This document shows positions 10,325-20,733 of a DNA stretch of 64,000 bases, piece after piece. Where the stretch lies: assembly GCA_020536535.1 (NCBI GenBank), contig JAHLWZ010000816.1, forward strand, positions 51,304 through 115,303, written 5' to 3'. The position numbers and the translations under genes were made by a program. Below the pieces are notes generated by a model. That model saw nothing but the letters and a program-made list of their open reading frames with translations. It did not search any database and was not told where the DNA came from. This DNA comes from Pelomyxa schiedti (taxonomy: Eukaryota > Protista > Evosea). How positions within the stretch are numbered: the first letter of the stretch is position 1; each line of letters opens with the position of its first letter.

Positions 10325-11299
10325 TTAGCTGAGGTAGGAAGCTGGAAGTTGTGTTTGTCGTTTTGGTGAGGCCAAGTGGGATTTGAGGGGAGTAGTGGGC
10401 GCATTTGCTGATTGTGTACTAGTTGTAGTAGCTGATGTGGTTGCGGCCGTAGCGGCAGAGCTAGAGGGGGTCGCGGTCGTCGGCGTTGTAGTCAGTGCGC
10501 TGGGATTTGGGTTAAACCACGATGTAATGGGCTTGCTGGCACCAACACCAACATTTTTCATGAAGCACTCCCTGCAGACAGCGATGTACTTGTCGGCTCC
10601 TCCAATGACCTCTATCTCTGTCTCGCTTCCAAGCCTCCTGCTGAACGCAGCATCCTTGTAACAGCACATGCACACTGCTGTGAGCTTGGTTACGCTCTCG
10701 GCAAGTGGAACAAGCTGCAGAATGGAGCCGAAAGGTTTCCTCTGGAAAGTTCCATCCAGCGCCGCAACAACCACCACCTTCCCCTTGTTCGCCATTTTCT
10801 CGCAGAACGGCACAACGTCCAGGAAGAACTGCCCCTCGTCAATCCCAATCACGTCGAAAGTCGAAGCGCTCTCCTCCACCTCGCTAAGAGTGACACAGTC
10901 CACAGCGTCCCACTGCTGGTGGTCGTGCGTGGCGCAGCGCGGCTGGTGCTGGCGCGCGTTGTTGTTTGGCTGAGCGTCGTAGCGCGTGTCGTTGTAGTAC
11001 TTGATGACCACGCACGTCTTCTTTGCGACGGTGTACCTCTTGATCCTCCTCAGCAGCTCCGTGGTCTTCCCGCTGAACATGGGCCCGAGAATCAGCTCGA
11101 TCCAACCGTTGTACGTCATTTCGTCGTCGGAATCGCCGGGCGACGCGACGCGCCGCAGCGACGGGCTTCGCGTCGGCGAGTACGCCACTCGGGAGCTGCT
11201 AGAAGCCGAAGAAGAAGACGACGACGCGACCGGCATTGGTTTCGTTGGTGACGACATCGCCGCTACCGCTGCTTGTGCATCGCCTCCCGTAGTAGTCAT
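10325..11299 (-). CDS. TK1: Thymidine kinase (type II / TK1 family), intronless
   Basis: [18 protein letters not shown] (P-loop), [44 protein letters not shown]...YIAVCREC zinc site; low-complexity termini. Confidence 0.97.
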   Translation of the reverse strand: MTTTGGDAQAAVAAMSSPTKPMPVASSSSSSASSSSRVAYSPTRSPSLRRVASPGDSDDEMTYNGWIELILGPMFSGKTTELLRRIKRYTVAKKTCVVIKYYNDTRYDAQPNNNARQHQPRCATHDHQQWDAVDCVTLSEVEESASTFDVIGIDEGQFFLDVVPFCEKMANKGKVVVVAALDGTFQRKPFGSILQLVPLAESVTKLTAVCMCCYKDAAFSRRLGSETEIEVIGGADKYIAVCRECFMKNVGVGASKPITSWFNPNPSALTTTPTTATPSSSAATAATTSATTTSTQSANAPTTPLKSHLASPKRQTQLPASYLS

Positions 11300-11564
11300 T
11301 TGGTTGTGTGTTTTATTGGGTTTTTTTTTTTTTTTGTTTTTAAATCCAATGTGCGAAAAGGCGAGAACCTGTTCAGATTAGAGATTTTAGATTTCGCTAG
11401 ATCTCGGGTCTCTGAGCAGGGATCTGCTGTCAATTGGGTTTGATGGAAACACGACGCCCCAAGAGACGTTGAAGGTCTTTTTTTTTTCTTCTAGTTGTGA
11501 TTTTACCCAAAAAACAGCGAGGCGTACGTGGCCGAGTCACACGCAAGATCTGTGAGGCAAGCCA

Positions 11565-14500
11565 ATGGCATCAAACTCACCATCGTTGTCTGATTCACAC
11601 GGTCTGACCCCGCAGAAATGGGTCCCTGACACTGCCTCCGATGTGTGCCTTTTGTGCGAGGCTGCGTTCACTGTTACGAGGAGGAGGCATCACTGCAGGG
11701 CGTGTGGGAAGTTGTTTTGTGCTCAGTGCTCAATAAACAGGGTGAAGTTACCTCCAGGTTTGCTCTCCTTCTTTCTTTTGCAACCTTACCTTACTCCCTT
11801 TAGAATTCGGGTATGGTGACTCGATAGAGAGGGTTTGTTTTGAATGCTTCAGTAAATTGTCAGTAATTACTGATGAAGAAACCAGTATTTTTCCCATACT
11901 TTCAACATTTCAAACTAAGCGTTCCACAGAGCAATCAGAGCATCTCATTGTTGGAGAGAGCATTGCTGACTATCTGTATAGAGGCCTGGTAGTACTATAT
12001 GACGACCAAAAGCGACTGGAGCCAATTCTAATCATTGCAAAATATCGTATTTTCTTTTTCAAACGCCCTCCTCCAGGAGCCAAGAAAATCCGATTAGAGG
12101 TAACAAAACAATTAAATTGGGTTCAACTAAGTGAGGTCTAGTCCATACGGAACATTCATTTGTACAATATTTTGTCTCTATCTCATGTTGAAAACTCCCC
12201 CAAGGTTATAAATAGTCACGCAAAAAAAGTGAAAACTCAACTTCTAACTTTCCAAAGCGACTCGAAATTGCCTTTGTTGAAGCTAAGAGAGAGAAGCATA
12301 TCATTATTGCCAGTAGTGAAGTACTTCTGCTCTGTCATCCATTCCTTCTCAACCATCCTCTGTCCAGATACCCAATATTGTACTCAACATAAGAAAGGCA
12401 TACCGTGCTATAATGCCAAAAGGCATACCAGATGATCGAGAAGTCATTAACATAGATTTACCAAATGCAATGTACTTTAATCAAGTATAAAAAGGACATT
12501 CTTACATCATTCCTAGGCTTCTCCCAGTCCCACCCCTTGGTATGAATGAGACCACTTGGAAATATTCAAACACCAAATAAAAAAAGATGTCGGGCTTGCT
12601 GGAGGCTTCACAGACACTTACAAGGCTCAGTGCAACTATCTGGGTGTTGAAGTTTCGCCTGAAGTTCTTCTTTGTAAGTAAATAGCAGATATCACTCCCA
12701 TTAATTCTCTTTAGATATAGAAGATGTAACCATAAGAGAAAACTCCTTTGATTTTGTAATGAATGATATTCCAGGTACCCACTAGCTTCCTCCCCTTCTC
12801 TATGACACTTTTGTAAGGAGTGGAAGGAAAAAATAAACTCTTCTGGGATATGTTGCCAGTGACAACTGCTTTATTCCAAAATAACTTTTTCAAGTCTGTT
12901 TCTATTGACGCCGTTGATAGAAAAGTAACTCATTCAAATACCGATTGAATTTGTTCTCAGTTCCTATAGGACGCCCCTGAAATGATATCAGGGATAATGA
13001 CATTTAACAAAACCATTACACGGCTAAGCATTACCAACATGCAATCGGGAACAGCGGGCTTAGATGACCTTGGCTTGGCCCTTAAGAAGAATACAGATAA
13101 TGCACTACAAGTCCTTGACCTTTCAGGTAAAACCTGTGCACCATAGCATTTGTGAATCCAACTGTCTAAGGATGTAGATTGACTGGTATTTGTGTTGAGA
13201 ACCTTGCCATTGCAATTGCTTCCTTTAAGCACGGGTTAACCGCCTTGTATCTTGCCAATTGCAGGTTTTTATTCACCCTTCTGATGGTTTTTGTTAACAC
13301 TTGTCTTAAAGACTGAGGGAAAAGCAGTCAGTATTCCTTCTTAAGCAAGGCCTCTTGAAAAACCTTGGTTGTACATCATGCATCGAGGAATTAGATCTTT
13401 CCTATAACCGATTGGACGCTGAGGGCTCACAGGCACTGAACCAGTGGTTCACTGATATGGTCTTTTCCTCTTTTCTCTCTTTTTTTTCCCCTTACCTTAA
13501 AAAAAAACAGGGTCCTTCTTCACACCTGAGGAAACTTCTGCTTTCTGGGACCCAAATGGTTGCAGGTCCAGTGCTGCGCAGTGTCAGCAAACTTCCAGTT
13601 CTTCACACTCTTATCCTTTCCCACAACAAGTTTGATCCTCTTTCTTGTCAGTGTGTGTGCTCCGCATTGTCGGCACCACCAACAGTCTCTATAATAACCA
13701 CTGTTTCCCTGTCCAACTGCAACTTTGCACCAGAGGTGTTTGTTGCTTTGGCCTCTTCATTACTTGATTCCAAAGCCAGAGTTGAAGACAGTGCCACAAA
13801 CCTCTGTGTGAGACTGAACTTCTCTAGTAATAATTTGGATGACAGCGCCATAGTTCCCTTTTCTGAAGTTGTGAACCTCTCTCCTAATTTTAGTCTTATA
13901 TTTAGTTTAGTTTCTCAACAAAACTCCTACGTGCAACTTTGAATTAGATTTATCTGGGAACTGTTTTACTGACAGGGGGCTGGTACAGTTCTTCACAGCC
14001 CTAAAGACTAATTCGAAAGTCACCTCCTTGATTCTCAACAACATGAATTTCAGGGTAGGGTTTCCTTAAAGTTTTCCTGATGATTAAATCCCAGCAGGTC
14101 ACACAAGCTAATGGAGAAAGACAAGTTGTCACTGCGTTACAAGACTTGGCGGACAACACTCCGTCATTATCGTGTCTTTCACTTTCAAGGTCTTTTGACC
14201 ACATAAAACCTTTCTCTCCTAATGAATAGTAGTGGCTGGTCCGGCCCGTTTATGGCTATGTTCCTGGAGAGTATGGCGAACAATACCATTTTAAAGGAGG
14301 TTTCTACCACATAAATAAAAGAAACAACCCAACCCTTCATTTATAGTTGGAAATCTCCAACAACGTACTTGGAGAACTTGGGGGAAGAGCCCTTGGGCAC
14401 TTCTTGCGCTGGAATAAGTCCTTGGTGATGCTGACAGCCGACAATGTGCAATTATCTCCTTCCGCTTGGCATTCAGTGAGTTGCGGTATGAATCCAACTT

Positions 14501-15395
14501 CGATTTTTTTTTGTCCCCCACATTCCACTTCAGACATTCAAAGTAACACGACCATTCAATGGTTCCCGTTTGCGTGGAAAGAATATGACCAAAGTGTGAA
14601 TTCCTGTATTCCACTGTAGTTTTCCCTTCTATTTGACTCCTGGACTGATTTTTTACCAGGTTTCTGGAAAGGCTGAGATCCAACTTCATACAAATACAAG
14701 ATGTTTGTGTAAAAAACAGAGATGCGGCTAAAGCTGCTGGGTTACCTATTTGGAATCCGAAAGCACATGATTCCAATGTAAAAATTCCTACTCCAATCAA
14801 TCCGGCTGTTGTTGTACCCGAAGAAACTACCACTAAACCAGTAGATTTGCGAGCCTCCTTATGGCCTGCTGCACGTGCAAGTAGTTCCCGAATTTCGTCT
14901 CTTATGTTTTAATTTGTACCAGCTGGCGATTCAACTACTCCGGCAGAAACATCCTCATGCACGACCACTACAGCATCCACATCACCACCCTTAGCACCAA
15001 CACCACCCCCCCCCGACGAAGAGCCCTCAAGGTCACCACCTACACAAACGAGTTCTTCCCCAGTAGTCGAACCATCATCCTTCACAACCACAGCCACAAC
15101 ATCCACCACAACAAGTTGTGCCCCGCCTCCACCACCGCCACCGCCCCCTCGAATTCCTCCCCGCAATGTACCAGTTCAAACAACCGCTAACATCTTTGAC
15201 GAGATCCGGCAGTTCTCACTGGATTCCTTGCACAAAAACGATGAGGCCCCCGATGATGATGCCCCTCTGCCCCCCAAGAGGCCCACGACATCTTCCTCCA
15301 GCTGCAACAACATGGGTTCCATGTTACTAAATGCCGTCTCCAAACGCCGTGAGTTCCTAGAGGAAGAAGAGGCCCCTACCATGTCTGACAGCTAA
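11565..15395 (+). CDS. FYVE-domain + CARMIL-like PH/LRR protein with Pro-rich, WH2-like and acidic C-terminus, multi-exon
   Basis: FYVE: WVPD...CLLCEAAFTVTRRRHHCRACGKLFCAQC...RVCFEC. LRR exons (IEELDLSYNRL, LHTLILSHNKF, LEISNNVLG). Poly-Pro near 15120 and C-terminal LLNAVSKRREFLEEEEAPTMSDS*. Confidence 0.72.
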
Positions 15396-15487
15396 TTCTG
15401 TTTAAATGAACACAGGAATAACACTAGAATATATTGTGCTTTTTTTTTTTTATCTTTCACGTAACAAAATAAGAGGTGCTCCTTATG

Positions 15488-16216
15488 TTAGAAAGTACCA
15501 TTTCGCAATTTATCACGAAGCGCCAGTTGCTTTTCAAGAAGATCAGAGGCTTCCTTCAGCCTTTTCCTGAGGGGTCCGCACGCGGTGTCCACTTCCTCCT
15601 GTGTGATTCCAATGTCCGATCCCTGCAGAGTCAGCTTCATCTGGTCCTCAAGTGCCGATATCTGCTTCATTTTGGCCTGTGTGGCGTCGATTCCCTTTGC
15701 CAGCTGGGCATCCAGCCCGCCGTTGATCTCGGCCAGCAGGTCTTTCTGCCTGGTGACGACGGCTTGCTTGAGTGCGGTCTGCACGTCGCCAAGTGACATT
15801 GTGGTCAGTGTGCAGCCCGGCAGGTTGCTGGCTGTCAATCTCTTCTCTATGTCTTTGTACACAGTGAGGTCGAACTCGATGGGTGCCTCTACTCTGTTGT
15901 TATTCACCTGCTGTAGCTGTTGTATCTGTTGTTGCTGTTGCTGTATTTGTGTTTGCTGTGCAGCAACCTGTGCCCGTAGCGCCTCCGTGTCCTTCTCCAG
16001 CTGAGGGACACGCCCTGTGGCGGCAGTGACAAAGCTCAGCTGGAGAATTCCCTTCTTCCAGCACTCCAAACAGTAACAATATACCCACCTCGAGTTCTCA
16101 CCGTACAGAAACCAGCCCTCCACTCCCAGGTATCTCCCCGTCTCTTCATAACCACCACATTCGGTCATGTTCCAACTGCCACCAATTGCGGTCCCACACG
16201 TGTAGCACTTCGGCAT
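15488..16216 (-). CDS. Hypothetical protein: N-terminal CxxC..CxxC putative Zn ribbon + Gln-rich coiled coil, intronless
   Basis: Long open frame; first ATG at 16216 (MPKCYTCG...YCYCLECW) followed by poly-Q and heptad-rich sequence. Confidence 0.6.
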   Translation of the reverse strand: MPKCYTCGTAIGGSWNMTECGGYEETGRYLGVEGWFLYGENSRWVYCYCLECWKKGILQLSFVTAATGRVPQLEKDTEALRAQVAAQQTQIQQQQQQIQQLQQVNNNRVEAPIEFDLTVYKDIEKRLTASNLPGCTLTTMSLGDVQTALKQAVVTRQKDLLAEINGGLDAQLAKGIDATQAKMKQISALEDQMKLTLQGSDIGITQEEVDTACGPLRKRLKEASDLLEKQLALRDKLRNGTF

Positions 16217-16265
16217 TCCTTGGTAAAAATTCTTTTTTTCCCTTTCTGCCACGCGACACCCATCG

Positions 16266-17022
16266 ATGGTGATGAACTTTTTGTGCTGGGCCTCTATTGT
16301 TTCCGTGGTGTTTGTTGTTGGCTACCTGTTTGGGTGGTGCCGGGGTTCCAATTTGCCTCTGCTGTTTATCCTGAGGGTGGCATGTGGGCGCCTGCTCATC
16401 CGACTCCGAATGATGGCCACGATGCGAGGGGGCTCACAAATGCCCAAAGACTCCGAAATGACCGACGAGGTGAAACTTGTGCTGTGCGTGCGGTCAGACT
16501 TGAAGATGGGCGTGGGCAAAGTGGCAGCGCAGTGTTGCCACGCTGCTGCTGCAGTATCCAAGGTAGAATTTAAACAACCTCCCACCCCTGCGTAATGGAT
16601 TGTGGGTGCGATAGAGTCATTGTGTAACCCTGGCTTTGTTTTTTTATATAGAAAGGTTGTGAGTATGATGCCGCTTGGGCACTGGCTGGAGGGAAAAAAG
16701 TAGTTGTCAAAATCGGCTCAGAGGAAGAGATGTATGGAGCTTTTCCCATCTCATTTTTCTTGCACCTTTTCCATTGAACTATGACACAAAGGGCATTAAC
16801 ATCTTTTAGGATTGCACTACAAACTGCAGCAATTAAAGCTAAGCTCTTGACTTACGTGGTGAGAGATGCTGGTAGAACACAAGTTGATCCACTTTCCAGG
16901 ACAGTACTATCCATAGGCCCAGGTTGCACACTCAAATTTTCGTTCATAGGTTTTTCTAATTTTCCATCACAGCTCCGAGCTCTCTGCTCGACCCGATAAC
17001 CAAGCACCTCAAATTGATATAA
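16266..17022 (+). CDS. PTH2: Peptidyl-tRNA hydrolase 2 (PTH2) with N-terminal membrane anchor
   Basis: KLVLCVRSDLKMGVGKVAAQCCHAA, KKVVVKIGSEEEM, VVRDAGRTQVDPLSRTVLSIGP, PITKHLKLI*. Confidence 0.93.
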
Positions 17023-17311
17023 CAGACAGTGGGATGCCACCTTACCACACTTTGCAAGTGGGGGTAAAACCTTCTAAATCTTTTAGTTTTATTTACATCC
17101 CGAACAACCAGTATAAAATTATGCACACAAATACCAATGCCGTTGTGCTCGTTGGTCTTTGTGCTTCTTTTTTAAAATGGTAAACAGGGAACAGCACAAA
17201 TACCTCTGCCGTTCTAAGTTTGGAAATTTCTCAAGAATAGGCTTTTTAATGCCGGCTTAATTTACGCAACGAGAACCCACGAAGCGTTAGACACAAGCCA
17301 CGCGCACATAA

Positions 17312-19708
17312 ATGCAAACGAACTCATCCGATAATGACGCAGTTATTGCAACTGCCGCTGCAGCAACTTCCCCCAGTGCTCCTGCACCTCCCACAAGTAC
17401 GGCTGCCGACCCCGACAGTGGAACCACAAAGCCCACACCCATAACCACAACTACAACTACTACGACCAGTAGCACTTCCCAATCGTTGGGGAGGGTTGCC
17501 CAGGACTTTGATCTTTTGGGGGTGATTGACGTCGAGGCTACTTGCGACGAGGGAAGTGACTCTTGGGGCCCAAGTGAAATTATTGAGTTCCCCTGTGTGG
17601 TCTTGGACACTAAAACGTGAGTGATTATTGTTCCTTTTTGTTTGAGGTATTTCTTGAAATATATTCACGTGCTCTCCTTTCTTTTGGTAAGGCTTCAGAT
17701 AGTGAAAGAAATTCAGTTGTATGTGAAGCCAGTGGAGAAGCCAGTACTTACAAAGTTTTGCACGGAATTGACGGGAATAGAACAGAGTACAGTTGACAAA
17801 GCACAACCACTGCAAGAAACTCTCTCACAGTTCCACACATGGTTAGAATCAAATGGATTCTTGAAGTCTGCCACCGAGGTTTTTGAAACTCCACAGCAAA
17901 GTAGAGGAATTAATGAAGTAATTGTAGCTCAAAGCAATGGCTTTTTGCTGTGATGGACCCTGGGATATGAACCATTTCTTACACAATGAGTGCAAAAGAA
18001 AAGTGTGTCCTCTTTTCACTTTTCACTATATTTGACTGTACTGCAGAATATTGATAAGCCACTGTACTTCAACCAATGGGTTAATATTCGATGGCTCTTT
18101 GCTGAGTTTTTTTCAACACGTATTTTTCACCCACTTGCGGTTTTTGTATTTTCTCACAATGTATTAAAAGGAAGAACTGGGGTGACAAACATGTTGAATC
18201 ACCTCAATCTGAGTTTCCATGGACAGACTCATAGTGGGTAGGATACTCTTTAGTGTTATTATCCACATAAAAGTGATTAAGGTTATGGGATGCGCGCAAT
18301 ATTGCTCGAATAGCCTCTAAAATGATAGAGTCCGGCTGCAATATGAAAATAAACGATGGAGTTAGTGACGAATTGAGTGTGAAATGGAGAGTACCCAATA
18401 AAGCAAAAAAATCATCGCCACCAACATCCAATCCAGAAACCAGAGACAAAGTTTCCACTGTGCCCACAACAACTATTACCCCCTGCACAGCACCTTTGCC
18501 TCAAGTACCCCCTGCCACCTCACCCGCAACCAAGTCAGCCCCACCTTCGCCCCAAATACAAGGGGTCGAGTATTTTGTGATCCTCGATTTTGAAGCGATT
18601 TGTGAGGAAGGACCTACCCCTGTCCCCCAAGTTCGTCCCCAACTACTTCATGTTCCTTCAGCTCACTCCACCTCAAGGAGATTATAGAGTTTCCCTCTGT
18701 TCTGCTGAATTCAAGGACTCTGAAAGTGGAAGATGAGTTTCATGTCTATGTTCGACCCGAGATTCACCCAGTGCTTAGCAAATTTTGCACTTCCCTCACA
18801 GGAATCACACAAGAAATGGTTGACCGGGGTGTTACTCTTGGAGATGTGTGTAAGTGTAATGATTTCTGAATAGTAATGTTCAATGAAGGCCATGCAAATG
18901 CATAGAGACTGGCTGGCAAAGCATGGTTTAATATGCCTAACACCAGACACAGCAGCAGTACATAGGTATCCATAGAACTAAGTGCTGGAGCTCACTCATT
19001 GATACATAGCTTTATATTTGTAACTTGTGGCGACTGGGACCTAAACATCTGCCTACCTAAGCTCCTTGGCCACTTACATGTCGAAGTACCACCATACTAC
19101 GTTAAAAACCACCTCAACATCAAACACGGATACTGTTCGGTGTACCATCGTCCTGCACTCGGAATGAAGGGGATGTTAAAGGAGCTTGCTATAGAACTTG
19201 TTGGCCGGCATCACTCTGGTATTGACGACTGCCGGAATATCACACAGATACTCATTAGAATGATAAATGATGGATATACCTACCATGTGAAGCCCAAGTA
19301 TCTCTGTTACATCCCCCTTTTTGTAGTAAAATCTCTAAAAAGACCCGGTACTGTACCACAAACCAAACCCGCAAAGACATCAAAAGCACCCAAAGAGGAA
19401 TTCCACCCCTCCAATGAGCAACAAACACTGCTGGCAGCCTTACTAGCTTTTGTAACTTTAGGCAACTTTACTCACTCTAATAATTAGCTTACTCTCTTTA
19501 AGAACAACTGCAGGAAGCCACTGCCTCAGTAGGGCCTGATCCACCTGAAGGAAAAGTAGTTGGCATGTTTGCACGCAAGTGTTTGGAGCTTTTCTTGTTG
19601 GCACATGGAGAATCTTATCGGGCCTTATCAAACCCAGCACAGCACTGGCTACGTGATGAAATGATGAAGTCTTGCAGAGCTTTCATTTCCAAACAAAGTA
19701 AAACATGA
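17312..19708 (+). CDS. ERI1-family DEDDh 3'-5' exonuclease with two tandem nuclease domains, multi-exon
   Basis: Domain 1: GVIDVEATCD..EIIEFPCVVL..YVKPVEKPVLTKFCTELTGI..DARNIARI. Domain 2: FVILDFEAICE..EIIEFPSVLL..YVRPEIHPVLSKFCTSLTGI..VTCGDWDL..GRHHSGIDDCRNI. Confidence 0.88.
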
Positions 19709-19792
19709 ACAGTTCATGTTTCAAAGCAACACCGGCTGTGCACCTACCACTTATTGTTGGTACCCATTAGACTATAGAAATGAAATAAAACA

Positions 19793-20657
19793 TCACTCTG
19801 TTGGGACACCAACAGGCAAAATTAACATGGGTGTATGTTTCACAAGGATATTCAGTTTTTGCCCCATCACACTCTCTTCCTTCATTGCACCAACCATTGC
19901 TCCTCTGAGCCCAAGAGCTTCTGCTTGCAATGCAACATTCTAGTAAAAGTCAAAACCGAGAGGGTAGAATTTCTAGAATAAAAACAAACCTCGGCGGCGT
20001 GCCCTACTTCCAGCAGTACGTACTTCATGCCATTATCTGAGCCGTATTTTCTCGTAGTGCGGCTTGTCTCAGCACATAGAATTAAGGCCACAGGTGCTCT
20101 TGCAATCCAGGCTTGTGCAAACGCATGCTCAACAACAACATTCAAATATTCTCCTGGAAACGAAATTAGGGAAGAAAAAGTTGGAGGACGGCTGTATCTA
20201 CCTTCCTTTCTAAGTTCCAGAGAGTGAACAGCGGGAATGTATTTGTAAACACCAGGGGACAAATTCTCAACTAGTTCAGAGGTCACCACATAGAGTTCCA
20301 AAGGATACAGTGCGCCTGAAATTCCAGTTTTATCACTTTGTTTTACAAACAAAAGCCACACCAGCAGAAGGAGCAGTCCTATACGTATCTCCATCCCTAT
20401 CAACCTAAAAAGGAAAAAAAAAACTCAACCAATAACCAAGGGTTCACCCACCCATAATCCCTGTTGGGCAAGGTAACCATTGTCACACCCTGTGCAGACC
20501 AAAGCAATTGCGAGAGCACGGACAGTGGCATTGGTACGGGCCTGAACGAACGTGCAGTTCTGCGCTTCCCAAGGCACGCCTCAATAGACACCCCATCGCC
20601 ACTCGATTTGGCTGCAGGCAACGCCACACAGTTCGCAGAACAACTGCTGTCGGTCAT
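19793..20657 (-). CDS. SagB/ThcOx-type nitroreductase-superfamily FMN oxidoreductase, spliced
   Basis: SIEACLGKRRTARSF...LSQLLWSAQGVT, GALYPLELYVV, LSPGVYKY, APVALILCAETSRTTRKYG..YVLLEVGHAAE|NVALQAEALGL. Confidence 0.85.
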
Positions 20658-20733
20658 ACGCCCTTTGGACAGTGAAGCGGCACTATGCGAAAAAAGTTGT
20701 TGATGGTAATGAGAAAACGAAACGGTGGTGTGT

